From NCBI GenBank assembly GCA_964106645.2, contig OZ067039.1: 64,000 bases of DNA; one strand, written 5' to 3'. The notes beneath the pieces are model-generated. The model saw nothing but the letters and a program-made list of their open reading frames with translations, was not told the DNA's origin and searched no databases. This document shows, piece after piece, positions 35,975 through 48,887 of this stretch. The stretch's first letter is position 1, and each line of letters opens with the position of its first letter. Source of the DNA: Podarcis pityusensis (lineage: Eukaryota). The translations under genes were made by a program, and so were the position numbers.

Positions 35975-36365
35975 CGGTTCAAGATCTACTCTCAAGGCTG
36001 TAGAGATGCAGAACTGGTGTCTGCACCTAGTAATGGCTTGGATGGGGGCCAATAAACTGAAGCCGAATCTTGACCAGATGACAGAACTATGGATTGACAG
36101 TCCCTGGGTCCAGGAAATTTGGTGTATTACCTGCTCCAGGTGAGGTTACACTCCCTCTAAAGAAGCAAGTATATAGCTTAGGGGTTTTCCTTGATCCAAC
36201 ATTGCCAATAAGGGCAAATGTGGCCCTGAACACCTTTTAGCAGTTTAATTTGGTTCATCAGTTGTGGCATTTCCCAGGTTATAGACAGTCAGGCCACATT
36301 GATACATGTGCTGGTCACCTCCAAACTGGATTAATGTCATTGTGATATGTGGGGCTGCCTTTGGC
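35975..36365 (+). mobile_element. Degraded L2 LINE ORF2 fragment
   Basis: tggatgggggccaataaactgaagccgaat (WMGANKLK.N) and gtcacctccaaactggattaatgt (VTSKLD.C), L2-type motifs with frameshifts. Confidence 0.7.
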
Positions 36366-37102
36366 ACTGAGAGTCAATGCTTCTCACAAACTGTAATCCT
36401 TGTATGTATCTATTACCACAAATAATCATAACACCAAATTATTATTATTATTATTTCAACACCTTCATCCGAATATCACAGGGAGGTTTACAATATAAAA
36501 ACACAAACATACATACCATAATATCATAACAACAAACAAAAACAATAACCCCACACAGTTTAAAAGGCCATAAATTGCTTAATTAGCCAAAGGCCCAGGA
36601 AAACGTACTCTTTGTCAATAAATGTTAATATACACTGAAAATATGCAGTGAATGGAATTTCTGGACTCCTCTTCTCAAGCCAGTGACAGTGCAGAGAACG
36701 TCTAAGCATTGATTCAGAACACTGATATTTTTTATGAATAGCAGAAAGCAAATATTTTTATAAATAATATAGTCAGATATTATAAGGGCTAAATGGTCTC
36801 CTATGTACAAACTTAGGAAGAAAAAGCCAAACAGATTACCAGTTTAGAACTAATCACACTGTGCACAAATGTGAGCTTTGCAGTTGAGCCATTTTCCTCC
36901 ATATTTTTAGCCATAGGCTAAAGTGTCTGATGTTCTCAGAAAGGTACAGCTTATGAATACATATTTATTCAGAGAACATTTCAGATGTTTTCAGAGTAAT
37001 AACTATGAATAGCACACAAAGTCAAAATACGAAGATTACTTTCCTTTGTTCTTCAAAATATAAGAGCTCATCATAGGTGCTTCATTTGGGAGGATTATGT
37101 TT

Positions 37103-37481
37103 AGCTGGGAATGTTTAGTCTGGGGGAAAAAGGACCCTGAGAGGAGATATGATAACCATCTTCAAATATCTGAGGGGCTGTCACAGGGTAGATGGAGCAA
37201 GCTTATTTTCTCCTGCTCTGAAATGTAGGACTCGAACCAATGGCTTCAAGTTACATAAAAGGAGATTTTGACTAAACATCAGGAAGAACTTTCTGACAGT
37301 AAGAGATGTTCAACATTGGAATGGTCTCCCTCATAAGGCTGTGGACTCTCCTTCATTGGAGGCTTTTAAGCAGAGACGGGATGGCCGTCTGTCATGGATG
37401 CTTTATCTGAGATTCCTGCATTGCAGGGGGTTGGACGAGATGACCCTTCAGGTCCCTCCCAACTCTACAATTCTATGATTC
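37103..37481 (+). mobile_element. CR1 LINE 3' end
   Basis: LRGDMITIFKYLRG and LNIRKNFLTVR ORF2 C-terminal motifs, followed by a 3' UTR ending attctatgattc. Confidence 0.9.
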
Positions 37482-38100
37482 CTTGCCCTTTTAATTGCAG
37501 AAAGCAGCTCACACCCTACCTTCTTCCCATAACGAAGCTCTTCTCCTCGTATAATTTACAATTTCCACCCACTGCTGAACATTCCTAATTAAATTGGGAA
37601 AGCCTAATGATTATTGCCATCTGTCCAACAGCAACACTTCCCCCCAACTTTAGATATATGAACTGAAATGGGAGCCATGTGATGCCCATCTCAGGATGCA
37701 TTACATTGCTCCTGCAGCTTTGTAATCACACTGGGGTATGTGCTGACAACAGCACAGGCCAGTTAAGACAAGAACTCAATAGCTGGTGACTGATCACAGC
37801 CATGGCAACCAGCAAATCGCTAGGATGCACACTCACATCCCTGCCTAAGACTATCATGCTGACATATTAGCTGTGTGTGTTTTTTCCAAAAGGACAATCT
37901 GCCAGTGGGACAGAACATCTGTCAAGTGCAACTCAAGATGCAGAGAATGAGGCATGTGGAGGGTGCCAGTTTCCATAGCCCTTATCCAAGGCTCAAATGA
38001 GGACCCATGGGACTCTCTTCAATGTTAGCACAAGCAGGTCAAAAGAAACTGATTCTCCAAGCAAAGGCTATGCTTTGTATTGTGGTCTATTGCCTAGTGG

Positions 38101-38151
38101 AGGTGGAGGTTAGGGTTAGGGTTATGGTGGAGGTTAGGGAGGTTAGGGTGG
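38101..38151 (+). repeat. Short degenerate (TTAGGG)-containing tract
   Basis: TTAGGG at 38110, 38116, 38134, 38143 and TTATGG at 38122. Confidence 0.7.
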
Positions 38152-38996
38152 AATCAAAACTCCTATTAGGCATGCATGGCTCAGGCCTTAGGGCATGCCT
38201 AAAGCAGCTCTTTGAATCCCAGGTCATTATGTATTTCTAACTAGGGTTCTATAAGTCCACTCATGAGAGGACATGCCCCCTCACCCTATACTACATGCCC
38301 AGAACAAAGATCCTATTCCTGCTGGGTTTTTGCAGGAGGTAGCAGTAGTGAGGTGCTACTGGTGCTTCCTGCAAAAGCCCAGCATGAGAGAAGCAGTACC
38401 CTTCCTTCTTCCAAGGACAACTCAAGGGACGAAAGTTGGAGCAACTTCTCTCCCTTCTTGCTAGGCTTCTGAAGAAAGGTGGCAAGTGAGGAGAACTACC
38501 CTGAATGGAATGATCAGTGGCAACCACAAGTTATGGTTGTGTAATAAGCCACACCAAGACTCGGGGATCCCCTTTGCAAACCGCTACATGGGAGATCCCC
38601 ACTTCTCAATTCTGTATGCCTGCTTTAGATGTTATTAAGGCCTTTCAGTATAGTTGTCATGGTCTGGAAATCATAGGAATTTATAGTAATATAACTGAGC
38701 TCATTGAAAAGGATGGCATGTAATTGTCACCAGCCCAGTTTTCCAGCCAGCCCCAGTTAAACAAGCATTCTAATAAATTTAAATGCCTCCCAAGCACCCG
38801 AAGAGTTTGGTGAGCCACTGATTGCTCACACCCCTGGTCTAAGGTCTCTCCCAGTGTGCCTTCTTGTTCTCCATCTACCAATCTTGAAAAAGTGATGTCT
38901 AGAAGTGGTTAACACATTTGTCTAGAAACAAGAGCATCCAGAATACCACATCTCATTCTGGCACACATACCTCCAGAATAGATTCCAAAATAATTA

Positions 38997-39490
38997 CAGT
39001 GGTGCCCCGCAAGACGAATGCCTCGCAAGACGGAAAACCCGCTAGACGAAAGGGTTTTCCGTTTTGGAGGTGCTTTGCAAAACGAATTTCCTATGTGCTT
39101 GCTTCGCAAGACGAAAATGTCTTGCGAGTTCCTGCAGGGTTTTTTTCCTTTCCCCCCCCCTTTTTCCCAAGCCGCTAAACCGCTTATCAGCTGATGGCTA
39201 AGCCGCTTATCAGCTGATCTTTAAGCCGCTTAACAGCTGATGCTAAGCTGCTTACCAGCTGATCTTTAAGCCGCTTAACAGCTGATGCTAAGCCGCTTAT
39301 CAGCTGATCGTTAAGCCGCTTATCAGCTGATCGTTAAGCCGCTTATCAGCTGATCTTTAAGCCGGCTAAGCCGCTAATACTGTAGCGCTAAGCCGCTAAA
39401 CCTCTAATGGGCTTGCTTCGCAAGACGAAAAAACCCGCAAGACGAAGAGACTCGCGGAACGGATTCTTTTCGTCTTGCGAGGCACCACTG
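38997..39490. mobile_element. Tc1/mariner (Tigger-like) MITE, 494 bp, with an internal minisatellite
   Basis: TA TSD (38995-38996, 39491-39492); same TIRs and subterminal sequence as 4887-5147. Confidence 0.9.
39178..39359. repeat. Minisatellite, 8 x 22-23 bp, consensus AGCCGCTTATCAGCTGATCTTTA
   Basis: CAGCTG at 39188, 39211, 39234, 39256, 39279, 39301, 39324, 39347. Confidence 0.95.
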
Positions 39491-39585
39491 TATCAAAGAA
39501 ACGACAATTATCAGACTTCACTGGAAGGAAATCAGTACCATGACAGTTAAACTGGCTTAAAGCAGTTTCACTCTGTAGTGTAGAT

Positions 39586-39729
39586 CAAGGTTTCCCAAAC
39601 TTGGGTTTCCAGCTTTCCAGCTGTTTTTGGACTACAATTCCTATCATCCCCGACCACTGGTTCTGCTAGCTAGGGATGATGTGAGTTGTAGTTCAAAAAC
39701 AGCTGGAGACCAAAGTTTGGTAAACCCTG
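39586..39729. mobile_element. hAT (Charlie-like) palindromic MITE
   Basis: same family as 32537; TSD gtgtagat/gtgtagaa. Confidence 0.85.
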
Positions 39730-42700
39730 GTGTAGAAGAACCTTTAACAATCTTTAGGGTAAGTTTGTTAAAGAGCACAATGTATGCTGTAGTTCAGCCT
39801 AATACTCTGGGGCTGCTAAATGATATCCATTTTCAACTAAATGTTCACAATGCCCCCTTCTGGTCTGACTGTAAGTCAGCAACTGGAGTTCTTAAAGGCA
39901 CCCAGACCTTTTCCATCAAAACCAAAGCAGCTCAGCCTTCCATAGAAAAGCAACTAGTTGGCACTATGCCTGGCATTGCAGAAGAATGGCTGCCATTTTA
40001 TAGGTAAGCATCAATGGGGCTTCTAACCAAATGTACCATTAGTGCACGGCAGGTACAGGTCTGCTATGAGGATTTCTACCTGGGGTATCTACAGCAAGTA
40101 AACTGAAGAGAAAGTAATGTAAGTAATCAATTGGTGTGATGGAAGTTCCTGATCAGGAGATACCTGACAAGCTGTTCCATAGGTCTGCCAAGGATTCCAA
40201 ATCCTGTTCTTCCCCCACTGTTACCATCTTATTTATATATATCTCCCTAGGCCAGGAATACAGAACCTGTTTTTTGGCCATAGAGCCACATCCACCCTTG
40301 GCCATGCACACATGCACAGGACACACAGTCTCCCCTCTTCAGATGATCTTTGCAAATCAGATGAGGAAGGGATAATTTGCATCAACAGGAGATTGCTAAA
40401 CTGGAAGAATAGGTTTAAAGCCCAGCATCATGCTTTTTTCTTTCTTTTTCATGTCACTGCTAAAATTGCTGGGGGCTTGGGGGGTCTGAAAAATTTGCAG
40501 CTGGAGGTCAGCCATCCCTGTCATAGACTCTGTTAATTGCCCTAGGCCCTTGAAAACTCTTGATTCACCCATGCATTTCTGCAAAAACATATCCATTGTG
40601 ATTTCATAGCAATTACAGCTATGAAAATACTATTGCTCAAGTCACAGTGTTAAGAGATAAAGACCCTAGATTCATGCTCCCTCCATAGTCTTCCAACAGA
40701 ACAAAACCCGATCCCTCTTCAATGAAAGCCAGCAGCATCAAGAAGCTACAGATCACAGAGACGGTAGTTAGCCCCATTCCCATCCACTGTTCATGCCTCA
40801 GAAACAATTTATTTAGAAGTTATATGATACAACAATAGTCCAAGGGAGGCCTCTATAATGAGCTGCAATCACTGCTGAGAAAAGGACCATATTTCACTAC
40901 AATTAACGAACAAATATCTGTTGGAGGTTATTAAGCAATGTGCTGTTTTCACTTGGAAAACGCAGCCCACTCTGTCCTCAGGCTGTTGATTTACTCCTGC
41001 TAACATGAAATTTGTCCAGGAATTTGCTGTAGATCTCATATGCCATGTTAAAAACGCTTAATAGTAATATATCATCATTAGTCTGTTCCTATCAATGAAA
41101 GTGCAGCACGACCTTTCCTCAAAAAGCAATGTCTTATTGAGGGCACTATAGATAAGGACAACATGGGCAAAAGAAAAGAAACAGCTAGTCTGCCCCACAG
41201 AACAGGAAGCAAATGGGCTGCGGAAACAGGGACAGGGAGGGTTATAATTGCATCTGGATGTCAGCATATCGGCTGGGCTGTAAAGGAACTAGTGTAGAAG
41301 CTAGATAGTGTACAGGATCAATGATGAAAGGAGTTCAATCTGGCAAGAAGGCAAACTAGATGCTGTGGTAGATCCAGAATCCCTGCTGAGGCCGCTGTGG
41401 CTGATATAAAGGTAAGGGACGGAGGGAGCTTGTTACCCCAATTTGGGTGGGATGGGATTGGCCTCTATAGGGTTTCCCACAACCAGATTTAAAAAAAATA
41501 AAAATTCACTTTAATATGGTGTGCTTGGCACATTTATATTTAGGGCTATGTGGCTTTGACCACAGGAGGGAGGATATAATTAGGCTGATTTGTGTCTATC
41601 TGGAAGGCCTTGGTGGGGGGTGGAGAGGATCAGAAATAGCCTGCTTACAGAACTAAAATGCCTAGCCACATGGAGCTCAGCTGTCTGCAAAACAAGGACA
41701 ACATTTTGAAAAAATAAGACATGCCAAATGAGAAACTGAAACGTGACACAACAGTTTCATATGGACTGCATTTCGGTGAGAAGGATTAAACTAGAACATG
41801 AGGCAAGATAAAAGCAATCTGAATAGAGTTGCCACACTGGATGGCTGGTTACCTATTTAATTTTTTGAATCTAAAAGATTGTCAAATATTTCAAGTAGCC
41901 GTGATACTGGTGCTGCTTGAAGAACTAACCTGCTAATCTAGCATGTGCCTTTAAAACTGCCATTTGTTATTAAATAGTTGTTACTTTGCTTTATTTTTGC
42001 TTTAATTTCCTTTATAACAAAAAAATGAAACTGCAGACTGGCCCTGCTGTTCCAGGATAAAAGCCAATGAGGAGAACTGCTCAGTAAATCATTCACTTTT
42101 ATAGAAACCTTATGTAACAAGGTTAAAAGCTGTAATTCAAAGCAATGCTTTTAAAAAGGTAATTTCATTCTTTCACAGTTAACAGTTATCTAACTTGTTT
42201 TTGCAGTTAACGTAAGTATCAACCCACTTGAGAATATCTTTTTTCCATATACAGTCTTGACTGATCAAATGGGCCAAATCTTTTTGACCTGTCAAATGCC
42301 TATCCCTAGACCTGAATGCAATTAAGGCTCATTTTAGAAGGAGGCTATGCACATATTTCTCCATGATCATCATGGGTATTAGCATGTGTTTCACAGGGGA
42401 GTGAATGCACCCTTCTTTTTAAAACAACCCTCTGGACCTTTTTGAGGAGCTTGATGTTCCCATTTTCCTCCTCAAGTTGGAATGGTCAGGAAGTAAAATA
42501 TGTCCTTTCCCCAGTGAGGCAGAGGGGTGAGAGGAAGTGCTGAAAGCTGTTTTTAATGCTACTTTAGGATCCACAGTAGACATAAAAAAGAGTGGAATTA
42601 AATGCAAAAAGTATTTATTGACTGCCTGCATTTGAGAAGTTGTTTACCTCATTCAGATGATTGTATCAAAACTTAATCAGCCGAGATATGAACAAACCTT

Positions 42701-43592
42701 ATGCCAGCCAAACCACTTCTTCCTGTCTTAGCATGATTCAACTAATGTACCCTGCCTGTTAGGAGAGATGATTTTTTTCTAGGTTGGAAATCAGAAGAGT
42801 AGCTACTACCAGTACCTAATTTATAATGGAAAGGCTAGTTTTGTTTTTTCAAAAAACACAACAGGATGGGAGAAGAGATTATCAGATGACAAGTGAGTGT
42901 CAACCCACTGTCTCTAAAAGTCCTGAGAGCTGTGGAAGGGACTTGTCCATCACGTCTGTCTGAGTACCATAACAAGGGCAATGAAGGCAAAGCAATAATG
43001 CCATCAGCCACACTGCAGTAGATCTGGAGGGGCATGTCAGCAGCCACCTTCCCTTGGGACTTGGCTTATTTTCCACTGTCATACGCTACTGCAGCTAGAC
43101 ATATTCACTGTTTAACACAACCAAACACAGCATGTCTTTACAGTTTTATCTGTCTAAACGATCTGCTGCCAGCATTGCTCAGTTTAGGAAGGTAACTGCA
43201 TATGTAGAAAGAGTATTCTTTTGCTACAGGATGTGAGTGGTGCCTATGCATAAAGGTAAAAGAAATGGCCTAATTTCCTTTGGGCAGGACCATTCCCAGA
43301 TTTAAATCCCAAAGCTTGTTCTTACTAGAAAAAGAAGAACAAGAAGATGAAGAGAAACATACAGACATAGGACAGATCTCCCTTTAAAGTTACTGTAAGA
43401 ATAGAGTAGAACTAAAGATCATCTTGTCCAACGGTCCACCCCCTAAGCAGAATCTGCCATGAACCCACACCATAAAACAACCAAGGAACAGAATATAGTA
43501 TAGCTTGCATGAGCTACATAGCGGTGTAAGCAGAGAACAGAAGCAAGCAGAGAACAAAAGCAAACAAAGTATTCCACACCAGAATATTTACA

Positions 43593-43717
43593 CCAGAGAG
43601 TGGCCAATACTCTAGATGTTGTTAGACTCCAACTCCCATCAGCCTCAGCCAACAAGGGCCAGGGATGATGCAAGTTGTAGTCCAACAACATCTTGAGGGC
43701 ACCACATTGGCTACCTC
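43593..43717. mobile_element. Palindromic hAT-type MITE, degraded
   Basis: agatgttgttagactccaactcccatca ... gatgatgcaagttgtagtccaacaacatct. Confidence 0.65.
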
Positions 43718-44017
43718 TTTAAATAATTCAATGGAAGGTTTAAATTGACAGGATGTCTCCCCTTTTTTCTTTTAAATAGCTCTCAAGTACACTATAGTCG
43801 CAGCACAAAGCACCCAGAGACCAACGTACAGGACAGAAATTATTTGGGGATTTAATATCCTGCAACCAGACTGAGCATATGAAAACAGGGGGCAAAGACA
43901 AAGACTGCATCATTACCCTAATACACAATGCTGCCAGGCTGCTCATTTCAGAACAGTAAACTAGAACACAAGCAATGAAATCTTCACCCCCATGGAGTGG
44001 AATTAAGCAGCACTTAC

Positions 44018-44102
44018 CCTTGGAAGTCAGTATCAACAAGCAGCCGGACCAGAATTCCTGTCACAGCCACAAGGATTGGATAGTGATCTACGCTCTCCAG
44101 TC
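44018..44102 (-). CDS. RNF123: RNF123 coding exon (5' of the AMIGO3-hosting intron)
   Basis: ttccctag| 85 nt (G)[27 protein letters not shown](G) |gtaagt. Confidence 0.96.
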
Positions 44103-46069
44103 CTAGGGAAGAAAGCAGGTATTTCAAATTACAATCAGTTCTATGAAAAGTTAGCTTGTTGACTTCCCCTGAGCACCCCTTTTTATCTTCTTAACTATAG
44201 CAGAGGACAAATTAGCATAGCACTGCACTGAGAAACACCACCAGCCTAAGTTTTCAGGAGACCAGGAGGAGATAAATGTTTGTATTAATTCACTTAAAGA
44301 TTTGTAGTACTACATCCATCAGCTTCATCAGGTCTTTGCTAGAGCACCATAAGCTCAAATGAGTCCTCCACCACCACTCCCAGTATGGACAATCCTGGAC
44401 AAAACAGAATGAACCTCCTTGGCAAACAGGAAATCTTAGAGGTAAGTGACAAACACTAGAGAAAGCACTTGCTCATCTCTGCTAATGCCATTGTCTGGTT
44501 TCCTATTAGAAGGGCACTTAAAAGGATTGTGCAAAAAAAATGGAATGGTGCTAAGCCCTTCAGTAGTGGTCCAGCATTCCTCCACCTTCCAGTCAGCATA
44601 CAATCCCCCGAGTCACCCAAACATAGAGTGTTTCTCAAGCACATAACCTTGAAAACGGCACTTGAAGACAGGTCTGAAGAAGTGCTGAGTGATGATTCCA
44701 ATTTTCTCCTGCTTCTAGGTGAGCAGAAGCCAATGCTTTGAAATGTGGAAGACTTGATGGTGGTCACACATGCCAATATGCCCCATGTTTCCAACAGGGC
44801 AGAGGTGCTTGAGCTGGGATAATGGGGGTATGACTAAAGCAATGCTCAAAAATTTAAGGGAAGCAGAGGGAGGTAAAACAAGCTTGTCCAAATTTAAAAT
44901 TAGGCACACTTCAGAGACAACTTTCTTCAGGATGACAGCTATTCATATGGTCCTTTACTCCACATGCTTATGACCATACCTATTCCAGAATGTTATTTCT
45001 ATCACACTACTTGCGTCACACAGATGCCAAATAAATAAATCCATCAAAGAATAGGAAAGTGTAAAAATGTGTGGAAGTGTGTGGATCTTTTTAAGCTCTC
45101 TCCATTCACAATCTCAATTTTCAATGAGGGTTGAGTCCTTGTTCCCCAAGAAGGAACACAAGGGCACATTGACTCAGCAATATTGTTTACTTCCTAATAC
45201 TGATCAGTATGACATAGATCTGCAGCAGTGTGTGCCACAGCAGTTATTTAATAATGCTGTGTGAAGGGAAAGGGTCCATGCTCTGTGGGAGGGGGGGGGA
45301 CAGGCAGAGAGTGTACACACTGCTAACACATGCTGTCCTTTTCTCATCATAAGACACCAGAATAACCAGCCAAAATGAAGGGCTAAAGATAATGGAGCTA
45401 TAGCGTAAGTGGAATCTAGTCAGCAATTTTGCAGTTAAATGCAGCTCCCGCTCATTCACCGGTATCACTCTCTGACAGCTTTTAGTGCAGAAGCAGGACA
45501 TCTTGCCTCCCTAAAGATTACTTTGCAATTTAACAAGCTCTGTACAAGAATGGATTCCTTCACCCTGAGTAGGTGGGCACACAGCCATCACTTAATGACT
45601 GCTTACTGTTTAGAGCCAAAAGATCCCATTTCCCATCATTGCAGGTTTTATGCATTTCTGTAAGCAACGAAGGCCAAGACCACATGGGGCTTCCTTTTGG
45701 GATTGGATGCCATCTTTCATTCTCACGTGTGCTCTGTTGGGCTCCTGCCTATCTGAAGAGCGGATGGGAGGGAGCAGTGGCATCAATGGAAGTTGCACTG
45801 ACACCATAATCAGAGATAAAAGGTCAGCACACAATTCTCCCCACAGACATTTCCTATCTTGTTGTTCAAAGGACTGGGAGTGGGTGAAGCCCCTGTGCAG
45901 ACACAATGAATGTCCACAACCACTGGAAACATTCATGTGGGTTTGTAGAAGGAGAGAGGAATATTTCCCAGGATTGACGGGAGAATTTATATCATGTAAG
46001 AATGTAGGAAGCTGCCTCACACCAGGTCAGAGTTTTTGTCTTTCTTACCTAGCTTTGCCTACTCTTTAG

Positions 46070-46203
46070 TGGTAGTGGCTCTGCAAGGTCTCAGACAGCT
46101 TTGCCATCACCTTAGAGCTCCTTTGAATTAGAGCTGCCAGGGACTGAACCTGGAACCTTCTGCATGCAAAGCACATCCTCTACCACTGAGCTATGGTCCC
46201 TCT
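46070..46203 (-). mobile_element. Squam3-like tRNA SINE
   Basis: gggactgaacctggaaccttctgcatgcaaagcacatcctctaccactgagctatggtccc is the reverse complement of a tRNA-like head with A and B boxes. Confidence 0.75.
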
Positions 46204-46247
46204 CCCAAAGCAGGACTGACTGCAAGGTGGCTGGGAAGGAAGCTCAC

Positions 46248-46323
46248 CTGGCAGACGAAGATTGACCACTCTGTCAAACAAGTTCCGCTCAGCTGTCACA
46301 CGATTCAGCACCTGATTTAGCAG
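46248..46323 (-). CDS. RNF123: RNF123 coding exon
   Basis: ccccacag| 76 nt [25 protein letters not shown](G) |gtgagc. Confidence 0.96.
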
Positions 46324-48305
46324 CTGTGGGGAAGTAAGAAGAGATGGCAGGATGATTAAAGCAGAAGATGGAATTCTCTCTCTGTACACTTGCAGAGATG
46401 CACATATGCTGCTCCTGATACTTTTCAGTCTGATCATCAGGGTTTAGACAACTCAATTCCCTCGGATTCAGAAATCTCTCTACAACAGCAGGCACAATAT
46501 TGGGCACTGCATTGTAATAAGGTGTGTTGGGATACAGAAAAGGGCCTTGAGGGTTGTTCCTTCCTTTATGCCCTGGAACTATCTGCCTTTCAGACCCACA
46601 ATAGCAGAGGACGGTCTTCCAAGAACATATATTTTACAGCAGATGGTGAGATACTAGATGGATGCATGATAACGCTCTGTGTGGCCCTAGATTTCATGGC
46701 GTGAAGGATACCCATCAGCAGGGCTGCTCAGTAAAGAAATATGACAGGCCTCTCTGTGAACCATGAGAATGACAACATACCTGAGCCTTCAGCAATAACA
46801 GACTGAAAATGTGGCTCAGGTTGCATCAGCTCACATCTCAGGCTGTGGATACTTTCAATGAAAAAACTCTTAGAAGGCAAAACAGCTCTTAATTCCATGG
46901 ATGGATGGGATCTCTTTCTAATAAGCCAAATTTCCACATGCATACAGTGGAACCTTAGCACAAAGGTACATGCAAGGTTGTGTAGAGAGGTATTTGATTT
47001 AAAGAAGTTGGGCAAAATAGCCAGCAGTGAGTCATCATTCCAGAGAGCAAGCTGATGCTTCAATTAGAATGTGGCAGAATTCTGAAAGTGGCACCCAAAG
47101 AACATTTGGCACATTGTTTTCCCCTCCAGGGATAAGTATTGAACTGTTTTAAGAAACAATTCATAAAAGCCTTTCGAAGAGTTCATTTCAAAATTAAAAC
47201 CTGACATTTTTGGTCAACCTATTTTCAAACACTGCACTGTAGTTGGTTGTGTGAACAGATGTGCTCAGAACAAATATGAGTGGTTTGGTCACTTCATCTG
47301 CATGTAACTGCTTATAGGTGGTTCTGGTGTGCCGCAAGCCTCTTTGCATGGCCAGTCATCGCATGACAACTCAAACTAGGTTTCCAGATGGATCTGCTAC
47401 AGTGACCTATGCAAGCAAGTCCCAAGTGACATGTACACCTTGCCCTCCCCATCTTTAAGCATCTACATCTATATTTTTCATGTTCTACATTGTTACCTAA
47501 TGGCTAATGGCTGTATGATTTAGCAGCTTCACTCAAGTGGCCATGTAATCTTGCCAGGACATCTGCTCATCAACTGTCTGGTCATATGGTGGCCAGGTTG
47601 ACCATGGGCAATGGAAATGGAACATGCAAAGCTACCTGTCTGGGCCTTTGGAACCTGATATTGTTGATGCTGGTTGGTGTTTCGGCTTTGTGTTGCTATT
47701 TTTCCTTAATGAACTTATGATTTTATTCTGTTTTATTTTATATTTATATTACATTGTAAGCTGTGCTGACAGCCACCTTGTGCTCCAATCTGGAGCAAAC
47801 AGGTGGAGGGATATTATGTTTTAAAAGCTTTAAGTAAACCAAAGGGGGCATTAAGGCATTTGAAAAAGGAAGCAAGGGCTGAAGCCCAGAGAAGGAGATT
47901 CTTAGGAATATCATCGGGAAGGGGTACAGATTGGCTTATCCTTCCACTTCTTGAAATGTTTGGCCGTCTTTACTCTGGAGTTCTTTTCCAGGAAGAAATT
48001 AAGGCTTAACAAAGAAGAAAAAGGGCAGTGAACTGGAGACCTTTATCTTTCTGCACACATGCATACGCACAATCTCTGAATAATCACTAACAGAGTAAGA
48101 TAGTTGTGGGGGAGGGGAGGGGAGAGCCAGCCTGCAGTTTGTATAAGTTAGCCCCTAAACTTGCTGGTGACACATTCTTTTAGAATAATATAGTTTACAC
48201 CGGAAACTGTGACTGTGCCAAATGATAGCATTCACATCCTCAGCTAAAAAACTTTCCCTCTTGCCATGTAACCAACCTAATGTTTTACTGCGGAGAAGTG
48301 AGTAC

Positions 48306-48494
48306 CTGTGCAAGTCTCCTGAGTAATAGCTCTGATGAGGGGCGACTCCAGTCCAGGAAGATCTCAGGAGCCAGTGTGACCGTCATTTCCAAGACCCTGA
48401 GCAGGCTCACCGACAGGTCAAAGCACGTTGCACACACCTTCAACTGGCGACTGTCTACAAAGTTTCTTTCCAGGCGCTCTGCAGCTTGCTGGAT
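48306..48494 (-). CDS. RNF123: RNF123 coding exon
   Basis: ggacag| 189 nt [63 protein letters not shown] |gtactc. Confidence 0.97.
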
Positions 48495-48747
48495 CTGTCC
48501 AAGCAAAACAGATGCAGCTTAATGTAAAAACTGGAAGGGGGAGTAGCTGTTTTCTTCACACCTGCCCCTAACCCTCCCCCCTTTTCTAGTTCATGCACAC
48601 GTCAGCTCAATCCCAGCATCCCACAAGAACTGTGCTGCAAGCTGCTACTGACACCTAGTAAGGAAAGGACTTTTGTTTTTATCCTCCAGGATGCCAGGCA
48701 GAGGCTTACTCCTTCAACCAGATTTATTCCGGATCCAAAACTCTCAC

Positions 48748-48887
48748 CTCCTGAATCATGCCAATGAACTCTGAGAAGGCCCAGTTCAGCTGGTTAAGCA
48801 CACTGTTGAGGAAACTGGGTGCCATTTCACGGTCACTCCGCAGCAGGTCCGCCATGTGTCGCTGCAGAAGGGTGGAGGGACAAGGCT
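48748..48887 (-). CDS. RNF123: RNF123 coding exon
   Basis: attccag| 140 nt (K)[46 protein letters not shown] |gtgaga. Confidence 0.97.

Noticed and set aside
39178-39359. Palindromic ~23-bp direct repeats resembling a CRISPR array
   Set aside because: Units are contiguous with no unique spacers, there are no cas genes, and the array sits inside a eukaryotic MITE.
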